In this document: positions 19,001 through 27,000 of the stretch, in pieces
Layout: every line of letters begins with the position of its first letter
How positions within the stretch are numbered: the stretch's first letter is position 1
Source of the DNA: an uncultured Solibacteraceae bacterium
GTDB taxonomy: Bacteria; Acidobacteriota; Terriglobia; Bryobacterales; Bryobacteraceae
Assembly (NCBI GenBank): GCA_964493965.1
Contig: CAZBQQ010000003.1
Coordinates: 22,562 to 86,561, forward strand
DNA: 64,000 bases
Direction of reading: 5' to 3'
Notes under the pieces: model-generated
What the model was told of the DNA's origin: nothing
Database searches by the model: none
What the model saw: the letters and a program-made list of their open reading frames with translations, nothing else
Translations under genes and position numbers: made by a program

Positions 19001-19346
19001 TTACGATCAGCTCGACCGGCTGGCCAAGGGGCAGTCCGTACCTGAGCTCGAAGCGCTCCAACTCTCCCCTTCGCGTCTATCCGAGATCAGAGAAGAATTG
19101 GAGGCTCTCCAGGTCCGCCGGATCGGCAATATGCGGACCGACATCACCGAAGTCTGGTTCGATACCAAACGCGTCGAGATCGCCGACATCTCCCTGCGGG
19201 AGAACGACCCTCTCCACGAGTTCAAGACTCTCCTATACAAACACATCATGGAGGAAATGCTGCCTGGCTTCACCGTCCGCGCCCAGGACATCAAACCCAC
19301 GCCGGGGAACTACTTCAACTACCTGTTCAAACTGGTGGGAGAGTAG
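16041..19346 (+). CDS. large DUF4157/HExxH protein with Pro-rich linker and unknown C-terminal domains (candidate CIS cargo)
   Basis: 1101 aa. It has a LQSLIGNRAVASML leader and the DUF4157 core GRPLDDGTRAEMEQHFGEDLDTVRVHSGPRAAATADAANALAFTVGDDVVFN...LLTHELAHVVQQ (HELAH at 16446-16460). A poly-Pro linker lies at about 16920-17170. Confidence 0.8.
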   Translation: MKRAHAGKVRPRPVRNRGAKAPPASAQAPPAVLGLQSLIGNRAVASMLRRNAGRQPGIPVRAALQSSGRPLDDGTRAEMEQHFGEDLDTVRVHSGPRAAATADAANALAFTVGDDVVFNQGQVSADRADSEELLTHELAHVVQQRRGGQARAGSAAPEQSAAKAAADVAGGAERVDLPAGSMVGMARQDKPETPGPKVGYVEAGEGLQEVQVDGVGVIRYPKDNSLQDEQFAVAIGWTTDEPGTLNIAIRRKTTTPVRVDQAAMSRLAALGYNKVVINEYPIPVDLREHPGPQFRPLPPPEARPKPKPKPKAPPPKIEAKPPDLPPLPAPDVDELPQLPPPELHDVLAPPPPPPPTLVQPVESDIVPPPTPHLETIEPPPPVRTPEELIDDHTSWLNLDEQALGADLLKRALRSDPDYVQRVIDSLGSTDQDDVSLAFAEAATDEQLRQLAGTPEGRRLLDRLFDELTAGEVFEDEQKQADRILAIKTKAVMTAEVFAKGLEKAKSSLILPYRKPGITVLTPSPIYARRLPDGKIAVHLRFDIFGTDYFYDRDLRLPSRIWDEVILDETDVVGVKFYDEGGTVGYFPALYLLQLENESTRVALEKAGEAFGTGLTFGFGGEVAAGAETVEGLGAVSTVARVGAAARTGLVWADRIALTLDLTNSVIQEHRGWIIETWPDQGREFVTSLDQITAYVRIYGLARGGIGLVQLGNGLRKNYANWRAAVRAAKELDASDLENIEQVGKQTEALLQAIDDAEKAGPPAVKPAVAGTGPPPDPESLADTAAKSPIRSVVQGEGQTTAAKTGHLKVVGGKKELTPAVNAAEELEEAEQELRAVSGDPRAVRRVVAPKKAPKTVTTTAGGTVGETTEAVPKKGGGRGGGGSGTTGKAIEKKEIKRYVAERLKEQLQGHKPDPTEFLTFHEQVTIRGKSYGGNSTFNDIAEGLNNSSTLRQQGLKPALPLDPKKVDALLKEGQINFIKRNADLSTLYDQLDRLAKGQSVPELEALQLSPSRLSEIREELEALQVRRIGNMRTDITEVWFDTKRVEIADISLRENDPLHEFKTLLYKHIMEEMLPGFTVRAQDIKPTPGNYFNYLFKLVGE

Positions 19347-19431
19347 CAACGTTCCGGCCTGGACTCTCAGGATTCCGTCGCCTCTTTCAGGCGGCAAAGC
19401 GCCACCATAAAGATCACCTGTCGTCGTATCG

Positions 19432-19457
19432 CGGACAGTTTACGCGGACAGCTTACG
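19432..19457. repeat. tandem 13-mer (cggacagtttacg / cggacagcttacg) in the junction region after the CIS island
   Basis: Two adjacent copies with one mismatch, read directly. They lie in a non-coding stretch between the last CIS-associated gene and the efflux gene remnant. Confidence 0.6.
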
Positions 19458-19539
19458 CTCCACAAAACCCTTTTTGTGTGATAGGATTCCGCTGTAAAGA
19501 TCCAGATGGGCAGGTGTCCTCCTGCATGGCGCTGGGCAA

Positions 19540-19771
19540 GTGGTCGCGCTTCAAGACCGCCTACAGAGCCTGCTCCGTAAGACTCCGGCTGCGCGCGATA
19601 CTGCCGGGATTGGCGTACGTGCGCTATCGCGGCGGCGTGGATACGCAACTCAACGCCCTGGATGCGGACCGCGACCTCTTTCAGGCCGAGCTGACGGACT
19701 CCCAGATCAAGCTGAACGAGTTGCTAAGCGTGGTTCAGCTGTACAAGGCCCTGGGCGGCGGATGGGACTAG
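19540..19771 (+). pseudogene. 3' remnant of an RND-efflux outer membrane factor (NodT family) gene
   Basis: The terminal translation YVRYRGGVDTQLNALDADRDLFQAELTDSQIKLNELLSVVQLYKALGGGWD* is the characteristic C-terminus of NodT/OprM-type lipoproteins. About 400 N-terminal codons are absent. A frame change around nt 19600 is likely. Confidence 0.65.
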
Positions 19772-19806
19772 CTTCGAACGATCATGGGTGAGGAGGGGTA
19801 AGTAAC

Positions 19807-21444
19807 ATGGCTGAAGACCCGCAACAGACCGACTTGATGTTCCCTGTCTTGGATGACGCTCAGATCGCGAGGCTCGCTGCATTCGCCGAACAGCGAACCG
19901 TACAGCCGGGCGAAATCGTTTACGACCAGGGCGATGACAGCCATGGGGTCTTTATCGTACTCCAGGGCAGTATCGAGATCATTGGTGTTACGGGCCGGCA
20001 GGAGACCGAGCTCAGAATCCTTGGCCCGGGGAAGTTCACGGGAGAAGTGAATCAGCTCTCGGGCCGGCGCAGCCTGGTCCGATGCCGGGCGCACGAAGCG
20101 AGCACGCTGCTCGAGCTTGGCAGGGCATCACTGCGGCGGATCATGCAGTCGGACGTCGCGCTTGGCGAGATTTTTCTGCGCTCCTTCGTGCTGCGCCGCG
20201 TGTATCTGATCGCCAACTCCGTAGGCGACGCGGTGCTGATCGGATCCAGCCATTCCGGCGACACTTTACGACTGAAAAGCTTCCTGTCCCGCAACGGCCA
20301 TCCCCATACCTATGTGGACGTCGAGCGCGATCCCGATGTGCAGGGGATGCTCGATCACTTCGGGATTCAGGTGACGGAGATCCCGGTGCTGATCTGCCGT
20401 GGGGAGTTGGTGCTTCGGAACCCCACCAATGCGGAGGCCGCTGCGTGCTTTGGTTTGAATGCAGGGGTCGACGAGGGCGCAGTATACGACTTGATCGTGG
20501 TTGGTGCGGGACCGAGCGGGCTTGCCGCGGCGGTTTACGGAGCCTCGGAGGGGCTGAATGTGCTGGTGCTCGAGGGCAACGCGCCGGGAGGCCAAGCCGG
20601 CGCGAGTTCCAGGATCGAGAACTATCTCGGTTTTCCCATGGGGATTTCGGGCCAGGATCTCGCGAACCGCGCGTTCGTGCAGGCGGAGAAGTTCGGCGCA
20701 CAGATCCTGGTGGCACGTGCGGCGCGCGCCTTAAAATGCGCCCGTGCGCCCTACGCGATCGAACTGGACGATGGAGGATCCGTTCGGGGGCGCAGCATCA
20801 TTTTGGCGGCTGGCGCGCAATACCGAAAGCTGCCTCTGCCGAAGCTGGCGCGGTTCGAGGGCGCCGGTGTCTACTACGGCGCGACGCAGGTCGAGGCCCA
20901 GCTATGCAGCAACGAGGAAGTCGTCGTTGTCGGAGGAGGAAACTCCGCCGGGCAAGCGGCGATGTTCCTTTCCGGGATCGCCAAGCACGTCTACCTTCTG
21001 GTTCGCGGCCCGGGGCTTGCCGACACGATGTCCCGATACCTGGTTTCCCGAATCGAGGCCTGCCAAACCATCACTCTCAAGGCGTGGACCCAAATCGAAG
21101 AACTCGATGGCGACGCGCACCTCGAGCGTGTTCGTTGGCGAGCCAGAGACGAGGAGACGGCCGAGACCCACGAGGTCCGCCACGTGTTCCTGATGACTGG
21201 TGCGAATCCCAACACCGCATGGCTCGGAGGATGTTTGGCGCTTGACGGCAAACAGTTCGTCAAAACCGGCACCGACCTGGGGCCGGAGTGGTCCTTGAGC
21301 CGTGCGCCGTATATGCTCGAGACGAGTCTGCCCGGCGTTTTTGCTGTCGGAGATATCCGCTCCGGGAGCGTGAAGCGCGTGGCGTCGGCGGTGGGCGAAG
21401 GTTCGATGGCGGTCCAGTTCGTACACAAGGTGTTGGCGGCGTAG
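19807..21444 (+). CDS. cyclic-nucleotide-binding domain fused to thioredoxin-reductase-like FAD oxidoreductase
   Basis: 545 aa. The N-terminal CAP_ED-like region reads GEIVYDQGDDSHGVFIVLQGSIEI...GPGKFTGEVNQLSGRR. The Rossmann motif is DLIVVGAGPSGLAAAVYGASEGL and the second motif is VVVVGGGNSAGQAA. The TrxR CxxC position reads GATQVEAQLCSNEE, so no CxxC is present. Confidence 0.85.
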   Translation: MAEDPQQTDLMFPVLDDAQIARLAAFAEQRTVQPGEIVYDQGDDSHGVFIVLQGSIEIIGVTGRQETELRILGPGKFTGEVNQLSGRRSLVRCRAHEASTLLELGRASLRRIMQSDVALGEIFLRSFVLRRVYLIANSVGDAVLIGSSHSGDTLRLKSFLSRNGHPHTYVDVERDPDVQGMLDHFGIQVTEIPVLICRGELVLRNPTNAEAAACFGLNAGVDEGAVYDLIVVGAGPSGLAAAVYGASEGLNVLVLEGNAPGGQAGASSRIENYLGFPMGISGQDLANRAFVQAEKFGAQILVARAARALKCARAPYAIELDDGGSVRGRSIILAAGAQYRKLPLPKLARFEGAGVYYGATQVEAQLCSNEEVVVVGGGNSAGQAAMFLSGIAKHVYLLVRGPGLADTMSRYLVSRIEACQTITLKAWTQIEELDGDAHLERVRWRARDEETAETHEVRHVFLMTGANPNTAWLGGCLALDGKQFVKTGTDLGPEWSLSRAPYMLETSLPGVFAVGDIRSGSVKRVASAVGEGSMAVQFVHKVLAA

Positions 21445-21448
21445 CGGT

Positions 21449-22288
21449 ATGTCCGCACCTTCCGGCCCTCCGTATGTTACGGTGAAGCAAATGATGCTCG
21501 GAGGGGCTGAGGAGGTCCAGCGCCTTGCCTGTCGGGAGGTGCGCGGTGGGAATCGTCTCGCTGCGTTCTCGGCGGAGTTGCCGGGATTGGCGGGCTGGAT
21601 TTCGTGCCGACCGCTCGAACCTTCTACACGCGGCGGAGACCTCTATTACATGTCCGCTTGCAGCCACGGCGTGATCGCCCGGGTTGTCCTGGCGGACGTA
21701 TCCGGCCATGGCGAAGCGGTCAGCGCCGCGGCCGGCCGTTTGCGCGACTCGTTGCGGCAGCATGTCGAGAGCTGGGATCAATCCGCCTTGATCCAGGAGC
21801 TGAACGAGAACTTTCTGAGGACCGCGGAGAGCCCGCAGTTTGCCACGGCTTTCGTGGCCAGCTTCTACTCGGATTCCGGGGAGCTACTGTTTACGAACGC
21901 CGGTCAGGTGCCTCCTCTCTGGTATCGTGCCGCAGCACGGGAGTGGAACCTGCTATTGGACTCCACACCGCTCAGCAAAGAGATTGTTGACCTTCCACTA
22001 GGGCTCATTGCGGGAACTTCCTACCGCCAGACGGCGGTCCAGTTGGAGCCCCGGGACCTCCTGTTGGTCTTCACCGACGGGATCAGCGAGTCCTGGGATG
22101 CATCCGGTGCGCAATTAGGCCTGGACGGTTTGCTTTCCGCCGCCCGAAATCTGCCCACGGAATCCCCGGTAGCAGCCGGCCGAGGGCTGCTGGAGGCGGT
22201 GGCGCGGTTTCGCGGGACAGCGCCACAGACCGATGACGAAACGGTATTGGCCTTCGAGAGGCGCCTGCCTGGAGGTGGCAATGGGTAA
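21449..22288 (+). CDS. PP2C-type (SpoIIE/RsbU-like) serine phosphatase
   Basis: 279 aa. It carries the GGDLYY...VLADVSGHGEAVSAAAG...FVASFY...LLFTNAG...LLVFTDGISE...DDETVLAFE motifs of SpoIIE-family phosphatases. Its end overlaps the next gene by 8 nt. Confidence 0.8.
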   Translation: MSAPSGPPYVTVKQMMLGGAEEVQRLACREVRGGNRLAAFSAELPGLAGWISCRPLEPSTRGGDLYYMSACSHGVIARVVLADVSGHGEAVSAAAGRLRDSLRQHVESWDQSALIQELNENFLRTAESPQFATAFVASFYSDSGELLFTNAGQVPPLWYRAAAREWNLLLDSTPLSKEIVDLPLGLIAGTSYRQTAVQLEPRDLLLVFTDGISESWDASGAQLGLDGLLSAARNLPTESPVAAGRGLLEAVARFRGTAPQTDDETVLAFERRLPGGGNG

Positions 22289-22710
22289 CCCTCCGCACGG
22301 CCTGCTACTCAAGTTCTCGATGCCGAGCGACCCGCGATATTTGCCCGTGGTCCGCGGCGCTATCGGGCCTCTGGCCGCACTGATTGGCTGGGATGAATCC
22401 GAATGCGATGCAATCGTCCTGGCGATACACGAAGCCCTCGCCAATGTCATCACGCATGCCTATCACAACCGCACCGACGGTTTGATGGAGCTGGAATGCA
22501 GGGAGAGCGCGGACGGCCTGGAGATCGCATTGTTGGACAACGGCGACGCGCCGGACCGGTCAAAAATCTGCGCGCGCGAAAATGGGCGGCGAGCAACCGG
22601 GCGGCCTTGGAACGCACATCATCCGGAACGTGATGGACGAAGTTTCCTACCAGGAATCGCCGGCGGGAAATCGTTTTGTGGCGAGCAAGCGGTTCAGGAA
22701 GGCGCCATGA
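22281..22710 (+). pseudogene. RsbW-like anti-sigma-factor serine kinase (HATPase_c), frameshifted
   Basis: The N-terminal part is in frame 0 (MGNPPHGLLLKF...IHEALANVITHAY...LEIALLDNGDAPD). The G2-box and C-terminus (GGLGTHIIRNVMDEVSYQESPAGNRFVASKRFRKAP*) are in the +1 frame and end at TGA 22708-22710, overlapping the STAS ATG. The frame switch lies between about 22560 and 22590; A-runs at 22562-22566 and 22579-22582 are candidate indel sites. Confidence 0.7.
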
Positions 22711-23036
22711 AGATCACCGTGCGTGAGGTGGGAGCGGCGAAGGTTGTGGAGGTGGATGGAGACGTGGATCTCGGCACTTCTTCGGAACTCCGCCGCACTC
22801 TTCTCGCCGCCCTGCCGACGGGGGGCAGGCTGGCACTCAACCTGGCGGCGATCCGGTACATCGACAGCTCCGGAATCGCCACCCTTATCGAAGTGTTGAA
22901 GCGGTCGCAGAATCTGAAGAAGGAGTTCGTTCTGTTCGGGCTGACACCCAGGGTGCAAGAGGTGTTTCGGCTCACCCATGTAATTCGTATCTTTCAAGTC
23001 TTTCAAACTGAGCAGGAGGCATTGGGGGTGTCGTAA
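22707..23036 (+). CDS. STAS-domain protein (anti-sigma-factor antagonist RsbV/SpoIIAA-like or MlaB-like)
   Basis: 109 aa. MKITVREVGAAKVVEVDGDVDLGTSSELRRTLL...LNLAAIRYIDSSGIATLIEVLK...LFGLTPRVQEVFRLT has the conserved phosphorylatable DSSG. An ATGA overlap lies upstream and a TAATG overlap downstream. Confidence 0.85.
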   Translation: MKITVREVGAAKVVEVDGDVDLGTSSELRRTLLAALPTGGRLALNLAAIRYIDSSGIATLIEVLKRSQNLKKEFVLFGLTPRVQEVFRLTHVIRIFQVFQTEQEALGVS

Positions 23037-23255
23037 TGCAGTGGGTGGCAGAGGTGGGCGGGGCAACCGAGCGAAGCATCGCGTACGTTGGCGGACTGGC
23101 CGAGATTGCCGTCCAATCGCTGCGATTGCTGTTTCTCTCCCCGCTGAAGACCAGCCGGATGCTCCAACGGGCGGTCCATGAAGCCATGGCCGTGGGCGTC
23201 GGCGCAATCCCCATCACCTCATTGATCACCTTCTTTGTAGGGGTCATCCTCAGGG
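23036..23255 (+). pseudogene. 5' stub (~73 codons) of an MlaE-type ABC transporter permease gene
   Basis: The translation ...AVQSLRLLFLSPLKTSRMLQRAVHEAMAVGVGAIPITSLITFFVGVIL matches the N-terminus of MlaE/Ttg2B permeases. Similarity is lost after about nt 23252, and the remaining ~190 codons are absent. Confidence 0.6.
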
Positions 23256-23259
23256 CAAG

Positions 23260-23733
23260 TTGGACGGTCCTGTTCTGCTGGTGGGCGAAATCACGACACC
23301 GGAATCTCTCGAGGACGGCCGGATTCGGTACAGGAAAGGGTCCAACGAGGCAGGCGCGTATGAGTATCATCGCTGGACGGAGCGGCCCGGATCGATGGTC
23401 CGCGACGCACTGCTGCGCGCCCTGCGGGACTCGGGACAGTACCGGCGCGTGCTTAATTCGGGAAGTTCGACCAACGGCGACTACCTGGTGCGAGGAATGC
23501 TGGACGAGTTCGACGAAGTGGATAGCTCCTCCATTCGGACCAAGATCTCGCTGCATGTCGAGGTGGTAGACCGGAAGGCCAACCAGACTGTCTGGGATCG
23601 CACGGCGGAGCGAGAGGAGCAGGTCAGTGGCAACACAGTGGTCGAGGTGGTGCGATCGATGGAGCGCAACCTGCAACAACTTGTGGGCGAAACGGCGGGT
23701 GAGATCGACAGGTTCCTTGCCGAGCGGCGCTGA
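23260..23733 (+). pseudogene. 5'-truncated ABC-transport auxiliary lipoprotein (DUF330/PqiC-YmbA-like)
   Basis: PVLLVGEITTPESLEDGRIRYRKGSNEAGAYEYHRWTERPGSMVRDALLRALRDSG...GDYLVRGMLDEFDEVD fits the family. No signal peptide or lipobox is present, and the only starts are TTG or internal. Confidence 0.6.
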
Positions 23734-23744
23734 GTGAGCGCCTG

Positions 23745-23759
23745 AGCCGGGACCCGGCT
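23745..23759 (+). terminator. weak candidate hairpin (AGCCGG-GAC-CCGGCT) after the lipoprotein remnant
   Basis: A 6-bp GC stem with a 3-nt loop lies 12 nt after the stop. There is no U-tract. Confidence 0.25.
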
Positions 23760-24007
23760 TGCGCGACGGCGCATGCGCGGCTGTAGGGACTTTTGTAGGG
23801 AGCCTCCTTGCGAATCGGGCATAACGGAGAACATTGGTACAGGTCCGAGGCGCCACGCATGAAGCCCTCGAAGGCGAGCCAGCCGCGAGAAAACTCGAGA
23901 GAAGCCATCCAGACCTTGCGGCGCGGCGCTGGCGCGCGCAGGGCGATGCCGCGCTCTCGAATTTCTAGCTCGTTCGCGACTGCGCCGGGGCTCGGAACGA
24001 GACTGGT

Positions 24008-27000
24008 TCAGGCTGGCGGGAGACGAGGGCCGGGCCTGACGGTTCGGATGGCGAGCACCAGCAGGATCCCGAGCGAGAGCAGACTGATCCCATCGGCCAG
24101 GCGGCGCGGCGGCGTGCGGGTCCACTCCGCATCGAGCGTGTGTTCTCCGGCGGGAACCCGGAACCGGATCAGGCCGGTCGGGTCCGCCGGCTGAGTGGAG
24201 ACCGGCGACCCGTCGATTCGCACCACCCAGCCCGGGAACCAGGCGATCGGCATCTCCGCCGTGCCGCCGGCGGCCGTGCGGATCCGTCCGGACCAGGAAA
24301 CGGGCGTAAGGCGGCCTTGCCAGACCACCACTTCGCCGCCGGGAATTCGCGCCGGACGTGGATCGTACGCCGGCCAGGTTTTCACCCACCGCGGGACGTA
24401 TTCGGCCGCAGTCGTCACTTCAATTCCGCGCATGGCGATTCGTTGCGGGGTCCACAGCGTCAGGTCCATGTCGCGGAATCGCCAAGGCTGACAGTGGGCC
24501 AGGCCGGGCAGGATCAAGAGCGCCAGAGCGGCGATCGCAGCGCCGGCCCGCCAGCGCGGGAGCGTGCCGATCAGCGCGCCGAGCGGCGCCACCAGCAGCG
24601 CCACACACAGGGTCACCGGTCCCAGCAAGCGCCACGGGAACTCGACCATTTGCAGAAGGGGCATGCGATCCCACAGCGGCGCCGCGACGTCGAGCATCAG
24701 GATCGCGAGGCCCGCCGCCGCGCCGGCGAAAAACCACAGCCACGGCCACTCTGCGTGAGCGTGTGTGCATGGCATCGCACCGAAGCTCACGCGACGAAGA
24801 TGACCTCGCCGGCGGGACCACAGAATCCAGATTGCGGCAGTCGCAGCCAGCAGCAGGTGGCTCCATCCCAGAGCGAACGACATGCCGTCCTGGTCGCCCG
24901 CCACCGAGATCCCGTATCCCCACGGCGAGTAGAACAACTGGTGCAGGTAAACAAAATGGTTCTTGTAGTTCAGGTAACCTTCGAGCAGGCGGGCGAGACC
25001 GACGTACTGCCGTTCCGCGAGCGACGGCAGCCACACGCAAGCCCCCAGGCCGAGGCCCAGCAGAAACCCGTAAGCCTGATGGCGCAGCAGGCGCCACGAG
25101 TGCGCGGTCCACGCGGTGAAGACCAGAAACGCGATCAGCAGCGGCGTGAACAGCAAAGCCGCCGCGTTGTGGCTCAACAGGACGCCCGCATACGCCGCCG
25201 CTCCCGCCAGCAGGTACCCGCGCTTGCCGGTTTTGGCGTAGGCTCCGAAGCCATACAGCGTCAGCGCGAAGAACGGAAACGCGGCGAACTCGGCGAGGGC
25301 CGAGCGCACATAGAGGTCGACGGCGAAATAGGGCGCGTAGAGATAGGCCGCCGTTCCGAACCATCCGCCCCACGGACCGAAATAGAGCCGGCACAACAGG
25401 AACATGCCGGCGGCCGACGCCAGTACCAGTGTCACCGCCGCAAGATTGACGGAGGTCAGGAAATCGAAGCCCGCGAGATGCCAGAACTCGGACAGGTAGT
25501 AGATGACGGGCGGATTGAATTCGAAAAGCGGTTGACCCGTGCCGCGGCTCAAGTCGGGCGCCCAGCGCGGAAACAGGATCCCGTGGGAGATGTTTTCGTG
25601 AAACTCCTCGAGGCGCGGAAAGTACTCCAGCGCGTCGTGTCCGTCGGGGAGCCGCGGAGTGATGAGCGAAACGGCGACCGGCAGAGCCAGCGCCACCAGG
25701 CCCGCCGCGACCGCGACCCGCCGGGGTACGGCATGCTGCGCCCATTTCCACAGGACGGGCCGCGGTCCCACGCGAGCGAGGACCAGCGCGAGCAGGCACC
25801 CGCCCAGAAGGAGGATCGCCTTCGCGTGGTCCGCTTCGTACCGGCATACGATCTTGTGCGGCCCCGGCGTCAACGGCAAGCCCACGAACCCCGGTGAGAG
25901 CACGAGCGTCGGTTCCGGCCGCCCATCCACGTACGCCTTCCAGTTGGGATGCCAGGTCATGCGAAAAAGGGCAAAGCTCGGCCGCAGCGCCTGAACCTGG
26001 GCCTCGAAGGACCCGCCGTCCTGGCGTTCGCTGGCGACGAAACCGGGGACGCCCATGGAAAAAGCCGGGAAGAGCTGCTGCTCGGGATCGAGACGGGGCG
26101 CCTGGGTCTGGTCGCCGTAAAGATCGAGGCGCAGATGCTGCTTCCTGGCTGCCTGATCGCTGTGCAGCCAGCGATCGTTCACGTCGTAGAAGTTGTCGCG
26201 TGTGGTGTGGACGGCGAAGGGCGCGTCCACCACGTCAAAGTAGCCCACACCAGGCGCGTCGAAGATACGGAAGGGCCCGATCCGCTCGCGCGGAGCCAGA
26301 AACGGAGGCAACGCGACGCCCTCGGCCGGAGCAATCACGCTGCGGATATTGAAGAGCAGGTAGTGGGTGGGATCCATCTCGTCAAAGCGCACCATGACAT
26401 CGCCGGTGAGCGCCATGGAGTGGTACAGGAAAGCCACCGCAGGCACTTCCGCCCGGCTCAGAAACGCGTAGAAGGGAACATCGCCCACCTTGAACTTGCC
26501 GCCCCAGCCCGCGGCGAGCCCCGGGTAGACGCGGCCTCCGCGTTCGCGCACGCGCGCGATGACGGCATCGATCGCATTCCGGTTCTCGTGGTACTCCGCC
26601 AGGTTCCGGCGCCCCCAAACGGCATTGTCCGAGAGGAGATGGGCGCGCTCGCGGATCATCGGGTAAAGCAGGAGCGCGGTGACCGCTACCGCCGCGGCGA
26701 AATGCCAGCGCGCGGCGAGCCAGCGCCAGAGCGCGGCCAGCCCGATGGCAGCCGCCAGCACCAGGAAGACGTGCGCGCCGCCGATGACACGATGCACCTG
26801 CATGTCCTCGGGCACACCCAGCATCTTGAGCGACGGCCCCCAGAACGGCCGCCCGAAGAACATCAGTAGCCACAGGAGGGCGCCGGATACGACGAACGTC
26901 CCCGCGAGGTGAAGCCGGCGCTTGTGCCGGTAGTCCCAGAACCACACCACGATGCCCGCCAGCGCCAGCAGGGAGAGCACGGGCAGGCGGCCATGGTCGA

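Noticed and set aside
22233-23036. The single 267-aa ORF, which could be read as a kinase-STAS fusion protein.
   Set aside because: The kinase G2 box and its natural stop lie in another frame, ending exactly at the STAS ATG. The apparent fusion is read-through of a frameshifted gene into the next one.
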